Shown here: piece after piece, positions 1-13,126 of the stretch
How the letters are laid out: each line of letters starts with the position of its first letter
Position numbering within the stretch: the stretch's first letter is position 1
NCBI RefSeq assembly: GCF_006345805.1
Contig: NC_042999.1
Location: forward strand, 100,378,001-100,442,000
Source: Octopus sinensis
Taxonomy: Eukaryota
DNA: 64,000 bases
Direction: 5' to 3'
Notes under the pieces: generated by a model
Seen by the model: the letters and a program-made list of their open reading frames with translations, nothing else
Database searches by the model: none
Told to the model about the DNA's origin: nothing
Program-made: the position numbers and the translations under genes

Positions 1-554
1 ACTGTCTTGAAAAAATATCTGCTTTTAAAATGAAACTGGAACTATGGGCTTCAAAATTGCAGAGGAAACACTTTGCACCTTTTCTTCAGCTTAATAAATT
101 CATTGATGAAAACGAGTTTCTCGTCGATGATGATATGGTTGAGGTGATGCGAAACCATATTTGCATTCTTAGGGAAGAATTATCCCAATAGTTTCCCAAT
201 TTGCAAAGGTTTGAGCAACTTTACTGCTTCATGAACAATCCATTTTCCGTATCTCTTGCTGATCTCCCTTCCAAGGGCATAACTGTGCAGGAGCAGTTCA
301 TAGAATTGTTGAATAACGGAACTGCAAAACAGATTTTTCGTGAAACGAATTGTTGTGACTTTTGGATTCAGATAGCACGGCTTTATCCAGATATTTCAAA
401 GATAGCACTGAAATTTCTGGTTCCCTTCACAAACACTTATGAGTGCGAGTTGGAGTTTTCGCTTCTTCAATCGATCAAAGGCAAACAACGAAGGCGATAT
501 AATCAACTGTTCTTTACAAGAAGTTGCTCTGTGATGGCAACAGTAATCTCTTAA
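1..554 (+). mobile_element. hAT (Buster/Charlie, ZBED5/FAM200-like) transposase C-terminal relic, truncated by the window edge
   Basis: Frame 3 reads CLEKISAFKMKLELWASKLQ...REELSQ*FPNLQ...FMNNPFS...DFWIQIARLYPDISKIALKFLVPFTNTYECELEFSLLQSIKGKQRRR. This is the hAT dimerisation-domain pattern (FW..P.l..iA..L.PF..TY.CE..FS.l..iK.K.R). There is an in-frame TAG at 189-191. Confidence 0.85.
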
Positions 555-1818
555 ATATCAATACAGCAGAGAGTCTACCATTCAATATGAGTTTATGTAA
601 ATATGCATATAATATGGTGGTGGTCGTAGTTGTAGCCGACCACAATCGTTCATTGATATGGATTCAGTTATTCAATCAAATGAACAACTAGATCCTTATT
701 AACCTGTGATTGAGCATGTCGAAAATAAGTACACACATCACGTAAAAGCAGAATTAGTGTAGCACAGTGTTTGTGACAAAGTTGTACCTTTTGAATCACT
801 GTGAAATCCGACAGATTTCTATACAGTATCTGCCTATACAATTTCACTCACATAGTATAGATCAACTTGAGGTTGCAGAAAATTACATTTAGCCAATCTA
901 CCACACAATGGAATCGAACCCAGGAATTCGGAGTTGCGAGGCAAACATTCTTAATCATTTGGTTATGATGCACCTTGACGTATAGACTAAACGTACTGTA
1001 AGACAGAGCAATAAGGTCGTAGAACAAACGCTTTATTGTATTTGTTCCGCCTCAATACATTCTGAATTCAAATCCAACTGATATCAACGTTGCCTTTTAT
1101 TATTCCAGGGTCGATAAAATGAAGTATCACATAATCGACTGTGTCTTCCCTACCTCACTGTCAAAAAGCATCTCACTTTCTGCCTATCATTACTACTGCT
1201 GGGTTGTTTTTGTATTCCGTGGTGGCATTTCAGTTAGTAAAAATAAACGTTGTTGCACGAATATGATAGTCTCAGGTGAACTAAATAGCAGCCAAATCTC
1301 ATACAAATATACATACACTACGAAGTCCTATATACATTAAATGAGGAAAGAGAGAAAGGATTATTCCGGTTTGACTCCACTCAATTAGGACAGGACCGAT
1401 GTTAAATATAAGCTCGAGGCAACAAACGAGGCTTTACATGGTCATTCGATATACAAGAAAGAGCTGATAATTTTCCCTCAAACCACATCCCGCCGTCTTG
1501 AAAAGGAAAGGTTACACTCGATGCAGCGTGGCTTTTAAAGAAGACAGAATGATTACGGCCGGGGCGTATTTAATCATAGATGAAGATTGGCCTTGAGCTA
1601 AACAACAACCGAATAACTTTAGCATATGGTTTTACAATTCTTATTTCAAAATTTATTGAAGGTTAATTTTGCTTTCCATCCAAGTGCAGTGTCCTTTAAA
1701 CAGGTAGCAGGCACCAGTATTATTGACCATCTGTTCTGACTATCTGGTCCATATGCATGGATCAATTCGTTTTGTAAATAGTACCGCTAATTGACAATGC
1801 AGAAGCAATAGTATCGTT

Positions 1819-2228
1819 GGCGTAGGAGTGGCTGTGTGGTAAGTAGCTTACTAACAAACCACATGGTTCCGGGTTCAGTTCGACTGCGTGGCATCTTGGG
1901 CAAGTGTCTTCTGCTATAGCCCCGGGCCGACCAATGCCTTGTGAGTGGATTTGGTAGACGGAAACTGAAAGAAGCCTGTCGTATATATGTATATATATAT
2001 GTGTGTGTTTGTGTGTCTGTGTTTGTCCCCCTAGCATTGCTTGACAACCGATGCTGGTGTGTTTACGTCCCCGTCACTTAGCGGTTCGGCAAAAGAGACC
2101 GATAGAATAAGTACTGGGCTTACAAAGAATAAGTCCCGGGGTCGATTTGCTCGACTAAAGGCGGTGCTCCAGCATGGCCGCAGTCAAATGACTGAAACAA
2201 GTAAAAGAGTAAAAGAGTATTGGAGTTC
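1819..2228 (+). mobile_element. Full-length tRNA-derived SINE (family A) with internal (TA/TG) microsatellite and AAAAGAGT tail
   Basis: A-box-like TGGCTGTGTGG and B-box-like GGTTCAGTTC occur in the head. The tail is tandem AAAAGAGT. ATCGTTGGC at 1813-1821 and 2229-2237 is a candidate TSD. A near-identical inverted copy lies at 48951-49336. Confidence 0.85.
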
Positions 2229-2884
2229 ATCGTTGGCATTGGAGCGGCCAAAGATCTATCCATCTTCATTTTTTTCTTTTTTTATAACTTGAAGCTAATT
2301 TGTCGAGCTAATTCTTCAGTGCTGACTATACTCAAAATCCTCCCGTGGTCCTGTAGAAGATAACGCCAATACTCCAGCATATTTTCCTTTGAAATAATAC
2401 GGAAGAAGACTTCAATGATGAACTAACAACTCACAGCATTCTGGAAATTTCTTCTGCTACAATACCTTTTGTTATGGCGATTGCTTCTACACAGTTGTTT
2501 CGAATCATAGCCATATATGCTCTCTAGGAACTGTAACAGCAAATTCCTTCGACTCAAATTCAAAACAGTATTCAAAAAACATTTAAAAATAATAAATTCA
2601 CAGCTGTTGCAAATAAAACTATTAACATGTAAGAACAAAGATAGCTGCAAAGAACATGCACACTTTAAACACAGATAGTTTTCAAAGGGTTGCAAACTTA
2701 GTAATTCAGAAACAGAATCTTTTTTGTTGCTATAATTAGTTCATATTTGAAGAAGAGATGTGTTATAACTCACCCGGTTTAGTAATTTCTGCATAAATGG
2801 CGTCAATTTTTTTGTCCATTTCAATCATCTTCTTCCGAATATTAATGAGCGACATTTTTAGATGTATGCAACTTTTTGATGAAA
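2221..2884 (-). pseudogene. Possible decayed intron-containing gene (three exon-like blocks, Myb/SANT-like flavour)
   Basis: Exon-like blocks are 2884-2774, 2530-2435 and 2350-~2221, with GTGAGT donors at 2773 and 2434 and pyrimidine-YAG acceptors. Peptide pieces are MSLINIRKKMIEMDKKIDAIYAEITKP, IVAEEISRML/TTGGF and LDKLASSYKKKK. The frames do not join without stops or frameshifts. Confidence 0.3.
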
Positions 2885-4120
2885 CTAGCGGCAAGCAACA
2901 TAACAAAAATATAAACTTTGAAATCATGGTGTTTATAGAATGAACAGCAAAAAATTAAAGCGAGAAAAGTATTTGCTCCTCCAGAAAGCACAGTATTTAT
3001 ATAAAGAAAAATATCAGTCCTGTCCTTACTTCAACCTCATTTGACAACTTAAAAATATACCATATGACGTAAATATTTATACAGATGATATGTGTGTGTG
3101 TGTGTGTGCGCGCGCTTTGTTTTATGTTTTTTAACGTGTTTATATAGATGCAAAATCATGCTTATCATTTTCCTCAAGCTGCAGGATTTCCGCCACTTGT
3201 AACCAGCAAAGGCCAATTATGTTGTCGGTGGATGAGTCTGCACTTGGGTTTCGATTCCCGACTGTCGCAAATTTTCTTCGTTAATACCTTTGGGAAAGAC
3301 GTGAATACCAAGGAGATGATAGAACCTCTATATAGTCTTTTATCGTGCTAGAAATAGCAGCGGAATCTCCTTCACATTACACTCAGCTATCTTTTACATA
3401 AATAATCCTACACACACAACGCCTGCATAAAAGGATTTGATAGTCGAGGATAGTCGAAGTACTTGTGAACTTTGAATCTGTACATTTATCGATTGTGTTA
3501 CAGAATCATATCTATCTCTCACCAGAAAGAATACTTTTTTGTTGATCTTACCTTAACGGAAAAGTAAACATTGTATGTATGTGTGTGTGTGAGTAAGATG
3601 TATGCACTAGCTATATATGCATATATATAGTCACATCTGGAACGACCTTGATCATAAATATCTGCTCGATCAAGGCACTATTGGAGATATGTCGCCAGTT
3701 TAACACTTCAAATCACAGTCCGGCCTTTGAGTACCTTTAGGTGACCCCTACTCCATTCAGACCAGTTCTCCAGTTTGAGAATAACCCCAGAATGATATTC
3801 TTTCGTCTTCTTCTTTCCTCATTCTTGAAAGCCTTGAAAAAGTTTAAGGACGATGCCAGTTTTTTTCTGACTAATCCATAATGCATTTGATAGAGCAACA
3901 AAACTGTTTAGGAATGCTCACTCACTGGAAGTTTGCTTCATTTTTATTCAATGGTTCTTACCGAAGTAAATAAAAAATAAATGCCCCCCCCCCGATCATC
4001 ACAATCACCACCGGAACAATAAAAATAACAAACAAATTAAAATCCAATAAACAGTCTCCTCTCTTTATTATTGATTTGTTAAGGCCGTTATTACTTCTGC
4101 GATACAGCTGCTCGGTCCAC

Positions 4121-4376
4121 AAAGGGTAACGTTCTCCAATTTGCCAAAAGAAACTTGTATATGTGTTTGGATTTGCTGAAAAGTTCTAATCTGGAATTCA
4201 GCAGTGCGGTGAAATTTATAGATCTAATAAGGACATGCGATCTAAAAAAACTGGAAGATCGCATATCTTTTTTTTTTATGAATTACACCGCACTGCTGAA
4301 TTCCTGATCATGGATTTTCAGCAAATACCAGCAAACGGATAAGTTTCTTTTGGTGAACTGAAGAACACCACCCTTT
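4121..4376. mobile_element. ~255 bp imperfect palindrome, MITE-like
   Basis: The left arm AAAGGGTAACGTTCTCC...GGAATTCAGCAGTGCGGTG is the reverse complement of CACCGCACTGCTGAATTCC...GAAGAACACCACCCTTT. There is an inner hairpin ATGCGATCT/AGATCGCAT. Confidence 0.7.
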
Positions 4377-4701
4377 ACAGACAACTCTAATTCTTCTCCT
4401 TTTTCTTTTTTACTTTGTTTTTTTTTTCGTTTTTTTTTCGTTTTTCACCATTCGACTTTTTCAAGACATTTCATCTCGTTTTTTTCAAATGATTTCTCTT
4501 ATTCTAGATGTCCTAATTTGTAACTTGTATAGGCCATATGACAGAGCCTAAGATTACTTGGATACACTAAGCGTCTCTTTGTTCATAGAGAGAAAAGCAG
4601 TCCGTTCAACTGTCAACCATTTTTTTTACCAGGCTTGTTATAAAAAATATTGGAAATAGTATTCATTATCCGGGAGAATGAATAGTTCTCCATACAAATG
4701 T

Positions 4702-4858
4702 ATGTATGTGTGTATGTGTGTATATGTGTATGTGTGTATGTGTGTGTGTATGTATGTATGTATGTATGTATGTATGTATGTTTGTATGTATGTATGTATG
4801 TATGTGTGTATGTGTATGTGTGTGTGTATGTATGTAAGTAATTAGGCATGTATGTATG
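4702..4858. repeat. Compound (TG)n/(TATG)n microsatellite
   Basis: Directly visible. It explains the HT/YI-rich ORFs 4613-4849 and 4666-5001. Confidence 0.95.
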
Positions 4859-7800
4859 ATGAAAATTATGGAAGTCGGCTCAAATATTCCGGCCACCGCT
4901 GGCATTCCTTTAGAGAAACGGTGTGGATGGGCTGAATGTCGTGAGATGAACATGCAGTCATCAGAAACGTGCGAGTGCTGGCATCTGCGAGCGACCATCA
5001 CAGTGTTTATAACAGTTACTGATACACCGCATCACTCTGACACTGCGTGTAGCTGACCATCTAAAGGAAGCAACGCTGTGGCCCGCACAAAGCTCTGGGC
5101 CCAGCCATGCATGCACCGTCGACTAATGCCTGAGTCTGCGGTATGAACGAACCACTAAAACTGACTTTTCGATAATGCTTATTCTCTTCTAAGCTTCATA
5201 CACGAACAAATATTTTATTAAGTGACGCAAACATGGTTGCCTGGTTAAGAATTAAGCTTTCAAACGCGATTTTGGTTTCGACCCCTCTAAACATCACCTT
5301 GCCAAGTGACTTATATTATAATTCCAAGTTGAACAAAGCTTTATAGGGTAAATTTGGCTGGAGGATATATCTGATATATCCATCAGATATATCAGTCTTG
5401 TTATTGAATGGTAAACTAAATAAGTTGCCCTGTTTAATACTTCAGCTGTTCCGTCGAGGTCTTTAATAAAGCAGTTTCTTTTCCAAGCATTCAAGCCAGA
5501 TCTTCAGTCAGAAGATAACTTCCTACCCTAGTCCTACGAATAACGGAAGTTTCAATAAAATGTCAGTAGTTACTTTTACTCCTCCAACTGAACTGTAAAA
5601 TATCGAATAAATAGGTATCGAAATCAGTTGCCCAGACATAGGATCGCAACCGCTAATCAGACCAAAATTAATTCACTGATAATATAATACTTGCATTCAG
5701 AGTAGATTTATTTATTTAAACTCCAATTATTTTGGAAATAACTTCCCATAAGTTATGAAAGGTATGAGGGCTGTCATAGTTGTACTGTTTCTACTTCGTG
5801 GATTTTCACCTCTCGCGCGGGGTTTTGGAACGTAACACTCGCGATAGTCGAGGGATTACTGCATATTTGTTGGATGAGGTTGTAGTTAGTTGAATCAAGT
5901 ACAGTACAATGCTGGTTTCTTTTTTTACCGACAACAAATGGAGGAGTGACAACTGACTTCGATGGAGTTCGAACTCAAATAACCGATTACTACTGTTAAG
6001 TAATTTAATCCAGCACTTCTCGCTTCGTGTCTATAATGGTGGAGTAACAGGTCTAAAGCAAAATAGACAACAATGTAGAAATATTATTATATTTAAAGTA
6101 AAATAATAAATTGATTGCTTAGAATTTTACTTTTGCAGGCTTTTTCCCTTTATAGATGACAATAACTAACATGTTTGGTGCAAATTGTTGTTTGTATTGT
6201 CTGCACATAATTTCTGTCAAGTAACGCCCATCCTATTGTTTTATTGTCTGTCATAGTATTCAGTTTTAATAATTTCTCTTTAATACACATTGTGTATTAT
6301 TTACTCATGATCTATTCGACAAATGTTCATTGTGATTAAACGAAGAAAATTTATTTTAAAAACATAAGTTTATTCAATAGAAAATTAAACAGGAAAGCCT
6401 CGCATTGTTTATTCAAAATATATTAAACGCATTATCAGCATAATTTGTTCTGGTTATTACTTTATTCTTATTATTTTGTCAACTGTTCTAAAGATTCAAA
6501 TTTTAAAAAAGAATTTGTATAAACATTAGTGTATATAACGCGCATCATCTGTCTTTGAAGCCATTGTTGTTAGTGAGTTCAACGTTCACAACTCCACTTT
6601 GCTATCACATTCATCCCATATTGATGACGTAGAGAGTGAATCGTTTGAAATCATCAGCTCTTCATTTTAATTAGTCCCATTACCTGCACACATCTTTGAA
6701 CGACACAGAGACACATCGAATGCCTTTAATCGCTTTATCAACTCTAGACCTTCTAATAAGCTATCGCCGTCTCTGAACCTATTGGCTCAACTAACTAGAA
6801 ATAGCAGTCAACTCTCAGATAACACGCTAACATCTAAATCAAAGAAAAATGCACCGGACAGTATAATCCTTGATATTAAAAAGATAAGATGGCCTTAATT
6901 GGAATGTTTTAATTATGTCTACTCGGCGACAACTGACCTGGGTTTAAATGACAATACCTATGACCCCGAGACAATGAAGAGGCGTCTCTTGCTCGGTTTG
7001 CTAAACATAGCAGCTAAATAACTTTCAAATATCGCTCTTGCAGTCTTTTAAAAAAACACATTAGTCCTAGATATATGTTTGAAAATAAAACTGAGCAGTG
7101 GGTAAAGCTGGAACGCCTTTTATCATAATTATGCTCAGTCAGAACTGACCAAGAGCTAAACAAAAATAACAACCGACTATGACCAACCAGCCAGTATACT
7201 AAATCCACTCAACTAGCGAACATTAAGTCCTAAACCTATGAAATTTAACGTCTTGAATCTAACTGACGAGCGACTAAACATCTGACTTCTAGCCAAACAT
7301 TTCAACCTAATCACTTCTCATTAGTTGACAATAAAGTATTTGAGCCAAAGTAAGCAATCAACCAAATGCACTTAGATAGCCAACAATGTTTACTCCATCC
7401 AACTTTCCTGTTTATTTCATTTCCTTTACTATTTATTTCATCTTTTATCTTGTAATTAAATTCAATACAGACATATCCTACGACTTTCATTTGTGTTTGA
7501 ATGTGAGAAATTGGATGATAATAAATCTAGTGAAATAACACTGCTTGATTAAGAGAGTTAGCAACTTTCATGTCTTCCATATTCTGACTAAAAATGACAA
7601 TGAATGGAAATATTTTTGCTTTATCTTCGAATAGGAAGGGCATGAAGAAGATTAAACAAGAATATTATTTCCCATGAATTCGACACAAGCTAATCTAAAG
7701 ATAGTTTTCAGTGGTGCAACAATGCTGATAGTAATTGACAATTTCTTACACTGAATGTATCAAAAATGTTAGCATAATATTTTGAAGACATATTTGTGGT

Positions 7801-8033
7801 GAAACAGAAAAAAAATTACATCACAACCAAATAATTTCTGTTTCGAAGCTTAAACTTCAGAATATCAAAAACAGATACTTTTCAAAATGGAAAGTCAGTT
7901 GGCTCATTTTTTGTGCATGTTAAGAAATGCATGATTAAAAGATACGAAGTAACGAAGTCCTAGGGATTAAAGTTAGTGTTTAAAGTACTGCTTTTTTTCT
8001 CTCTCTCTGTTTTCAAAACAAATTGAACCTGAA

Positions 8034-9131
8034 CTAGAGGTTTTTTCAGTCACAGAATCCGAAAATGACATCCATTTATTACTATTACGTCAAGATTTTT
8101 AAGATACAGGATCCATAAAATTTCATAGTTTTGGGGTTTTTTTTTTTATGTAACAGCTTATGAAAAAGAAGGCATAACATACAAACACACACAGAGTTTG
8201 GTTTTTCTGTAAAACCAGAATATTTCTTCTTAATTCTACTGAAAAACTAGTAAAAACCTGAAATTTTTTTACAGACAAATTACGTCATTTTTTTATGCCT
8301 AATTTCCCATGAGTTTGCGTTCGGATGATTTACTTGAGCGCTGAACCTCAAGAAAATCACAAGCTATATTCCAGCAATAGTTCCCCATCATATGCAAGAC
8401 TCATCTTCCTTGTTCCATTGATTTTATGTCCTGGTGGAAACGTTCTCCCTGCTCTTATGCCAAGATTTTTTGGCAATTTATCAAGGTAACCGTGGGGATA
8501 GTGCAGCTTTACGCTTATATCTTATCCTAACTTTTGGAGGCTCTCTAGCATGTTGTCGACTATTTCGCCATAACTGACTGCTTTCTTGTTGCCCAGACAG
8601 CTATTTACAACAATTACAAATGAATTTGATGTTGCTGCTTCAATGCACTTCATCGAATTTACAAAGTCCCTATCTTCCATCAATTTTCTGATTTCAGGCC
8701 CATTAAATATTTCAACTTCTGTTCAAACCGAGGAATATGCTGCAGATATAGTAAAAGCATGATCATCTTACCCAGAGCTTTAACAAACGGCTTCATAGTG
8801 CCAAGTTCGATATGGAGTGGATGTATGATGATTTTTTCCGGTTGAACTAAAGGCTCTACAATCACATTAAAAGACCCTGAAACCAATGTTCGCTACGTCC
8901 ATTCTTTGATCATCCAATGTTTTTTCCTACTTCTGCTGTCCCACATATATAAAATGAACAAGTATTTTACAGGTTAGCAAAGCATTTTTCCCCAAAATAA
9001 AGAAAATGGCGAAAATTGTTGGTGTTGAGTATCTTGAAATCTAGACTTGATAGAATACGGATTCCATTTTTGGATTCAGCATATCAAAAATCATTCAAGT
9101 AAAAACGTCCTGACAAGAAAATACCTCTAGA
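8034..9131 (-). mobile_element. Internally deleted DNA transposon with CMC/Chapaev3-like transposase relic
   Basis: The minus strand gives NVIVEPLVQPEKIIIHPLHIELGTMKPFVKAL (cf. PPLHIKLGLMKQFVKAL), then CLGNKK...LHYPHGYLDKLPKNLG...EQGERFHQDIKSME...MMGNYCWNI. Related inverted subterminal motifs (CTAGAGGT.TTTTC; GAATCC.AAAATG..ATCC) lie near 8034-8072 and 9058-9131. The family assignment is from remembered motif similarity. Confidence 0.65.
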
Positions 9132-10310
9132 ATGGTGTTATTGAAATTTGGTAAATTTTTTTAATTACGTTTTATTTGTTTCGAATGGGAGTGAAGCTGC
9201 AATTTCACAATATTTGAATAATATTTTAAACACCAGATGCACTATCTGTCTTTTTTTTATAGCTAGTCTTTTTTCAATTAGTTCTAAACTTGATTAAGCC
9301 CGCTTTAGTTTTTTTGCGACTTGTTTTGCTTTGGCTTTTGGTGAGGGGGGGTGCTTTTTTTCTTCTTGCATTATTACAGTTTAGTGTTCTCCACCCTCCT
9401 GGATTTTATTTCCGCATAACATTTTAAAACGCGCATATTTTTGCATGTTCAAAGGAATTAAACATTGCATTTTCCATTTTTTTGTTGTACTTTTTACATC
9501 ACGGATTTAGTTGCCCAGGAGTGAAGTGGTTCGCTCAGATTTCAAACCTATTTTTTTAAAGAGATTAATTCTGAGCTTTGTTTTTTTACACAAAAAACAC
9601 AGCTTACAGTAATCTTTGAACCTCAAGCACAAATTATGAAAAGCCTGCGCGAATTCTAAATTAAGAATATATTATCCGTTTAGTCTGGGGAATCATATTG
9701 TCTTAATGCCTTATTATCTGACACGCTCAACGGTTCGATTTCCACTCATGTATTATCTATATTTTTTTAATATTTTTTCTTCCAAAATTTTCGTTGCTTT
9801 TGCAACCTTGTCAATAGATATTAACTCTTTCCGTAATTGGAGCTACTTTCTGTTTTTTTGTCTCTTTGGGAGCAGTATACATGTGTACTTGTGTATGCAT
9901 ATATGTATGTGTGTATATGCATATATGTATGTATGCGTGTAGATATATATATATATATATATATAATGTCGAATTGACTAATCTAGAAACGTACGTTCTC
10001 AAATAACCTTTGCACTTGATTTTTTAATGTTTTTTCCCCCATACTTTTGTGAGTTAGTTTAGGCAAACACTATCTGAGAGAGATCTTCTTTAAGTATTAG
10101 AAATAGCTGAAGAAATTTCTTTAGCTGCTATTTCTAATGAGTTCAGTATGTGGCAAAGTAATTTATTTTACTAAGCCCTTATATATAATATAATATATAT
10201 ATATATATGTTTTTTATTTCATTTGATACATATATCCTCTCACCTCTGCTACTAGCTGGCATATACAGGTGCTTATACTTATCAAGTATTCACCCTGAAT
10301 TTATTGTACC

Positions 10311-11004
<694 letters not shown>

Positions 11005-11005
<1 letters not shown>

Positions 11006-11140
11006 TATATTCAAATTGCTGCGGCCAACTTTGTCTTTCATTCTTTCGGACTCGGTGAAATAAGTACCAGTGAAACACTGGGGTCGATGTAATAAACTTG
11101 TCCCATCCCCCAAAATTTCAAGCCGTGTGCCTCTAGCAGA

Positions 11141-11145
<5 letters not shown>
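11005..11145 (+). mobile_element. SINE family B fragment with (TAG)n tail
   Basis: Body ...TTCAAATT...TAAGTACCAGT...CTGGGGTCGAT...CCCCAAAATTTCAAGCC...AGCAGAAAG is followed by (TAG)n. Confidence 0.75.
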
Positions 11146-11184
<39 letters not shown>

Positions 11185-11244
11185 TTTCTACTACATCTCA
11201 AGGCCTGACATTCTGAAGGGGTGCTGTTCAATTACATAAAATCC

Positions 11245-11385
11245 TGAACAAGACTGGTACTTATTTCATCGACCCGAAAGGACGAAAGGCAAAGTTGACC
11301 TCTGCGGAATTTGAACTCAAAATGTAAAGAGCAGGAAGAAATGCCGTTAAGCATTTTTTCCGACATGCTAACGATTCTCCGATGA
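11245..11385 (-). mobile_element. SINE family B copy
   Basis: Reverse complement of the family B body (CTGGTACTTATTTCATCGACCCGAAAGG...GGAATTTGAACTC). Confidence 0.8.
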
Positions 11386-12984
11386 AAACATTCAAAAGAT
11401 TTCAGAAATAATTCATTGGCATGAGTCAAACAATTATCATTGTGGATGTTATCGTCATCGTCGCTTTAGCGTTTGTGGAATGATTGGCTCTATCACAGCT
11501 AAACAACATGACATGTTGAATAGATTTGTAATACTGAATATCAACTTATCAAAATATTCTATGCTTAGGGAGCAGAAGTGAAACGTATGCTTCAAAATCT
11601 CAGGCAAATCTATAGATTGACAGACTTTTCCAATCTCGACTGGGAGAGGTTTATGAAAAGAAAACCATGGATTTGGAGAGGAATGTGGATTAAATGAATT
11701 TATTTTAATTTTGCAAGTTTAAAAGTGCATAATAAATAAAGTATGCAAAGAGAACAAAGGATTAGTTTCGCCTAACTGATTGGATTGCCAGTCTTTGAGA
11801 GGCGCCATCTATAATTTATGTTATCGGTTGTTTCAATGAACATTTGGATACAAAAATTATTCTTGAATATTTAATGAAAAACAAGTTTCGAATTGAAATG
11901 CATAATAAAATATTAAATGTTCTCTTTCTGTATTGTTGATTTTCTTTATTTCATTGCTTAAAATTCTAGTGAATGATAATCGAAAACTCTACAGATGGTA
12001 AATAAAATATTTACAACGTGGAAAAATATTTTTAAAGAATTTTATTGATCAAATATTTAGGGTAGAGGAAACGGAAAGCAGACCACAACATACCTTTATT
12101 TATTTTTTCTTTGTTGGTTTTTATATCTGTTCTTTAAAAAACTCATAATATAAAATGAAATATGGATTCATAACTTGACATGTTAAGTTCTTTTTCCTAA
12201 GTTAATAGGTATTTGATTAAACTTATTATCTAGTAGTCAGACGTACTAATTTATAACAGAACAAATAATGATAATGATAGATCTCCCAACAAGGTAAATC
12301 GGCTTTGGACTCATCGTCTGCATAGAAAAGTAGATAGCAGAATCTCTTGGAATGTCTAATGCTTGCTTTACAATTGAAAGTTCCTATATGCCTAGTTTTG
12401 ATTCTACATACAATATGAGATTGAACTTCGCCATGTAAATTGTTTTATTATTGAAATGTGAACGTATGATATTCATTATTGCATCTTACATTTTTTATAC
12501 GTAGGCTTAAATATTCTTTACTTTAGGAAGAGAGTAACATATCTTTCTTAAGAGCGTTAATTGCATAAATGCAGTTAAATTACCTTTAACGAGACTCGAA
12601 ATTTCATTTCGAACTCGAGTTACTTGATACAAAATTGATTTCTGTTTCACCGTACACGAATTTATTTTATTATATCATAATGAATGATATAATAAAATTT
12701 AAGACATCCGTATCTTTTTCAATAATGTTATAGAAATCTAAGATGACATCGCTTTAACAAGGCATAAAAATTAGAGGTCATAACGTCACGAACATCAATT
12801 TTACATAGACAAACTTCAAGGTTATCTTACACCTAAATACTTTCTCAATGTACCCACAAACCAAACTAGTCTCTACACTGTATTAGATCGCAATCAAACC
12901 ACCCAAATAACATCACTAGAAACTTATGTGTATGTATATATATAAATATACAAAGTATGGAGTTTAATTCACAGGTACGCTAGG

Positions 12985-13107
12985 TAAGTGCTTTACCTTT
13001 CATCGTTTCGGGGTCATTAAAATAAGTACCAGTTGCGTGCTGGGGTCGAACTCATCGACTTGCCCTCTCGCCATAAATTTCAGGCCTTGTGTCTATAGTA
13101 GAAAGGA
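12985..13107 (+). mobile_element. SINE family B 3' part; its (TTA) tail abuts an R4/Dong LINE
   Basis: CTTTCATCGTTTCGGGGTCATTAAAATAAGTACCAGTT...CAGGCCTTGTGTCTATAGTAGAAAGGA followed by a short TTA tract. Confidence 0.8.
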
Positions 13108-13126
13108 TATTTATTATTATTTTATT

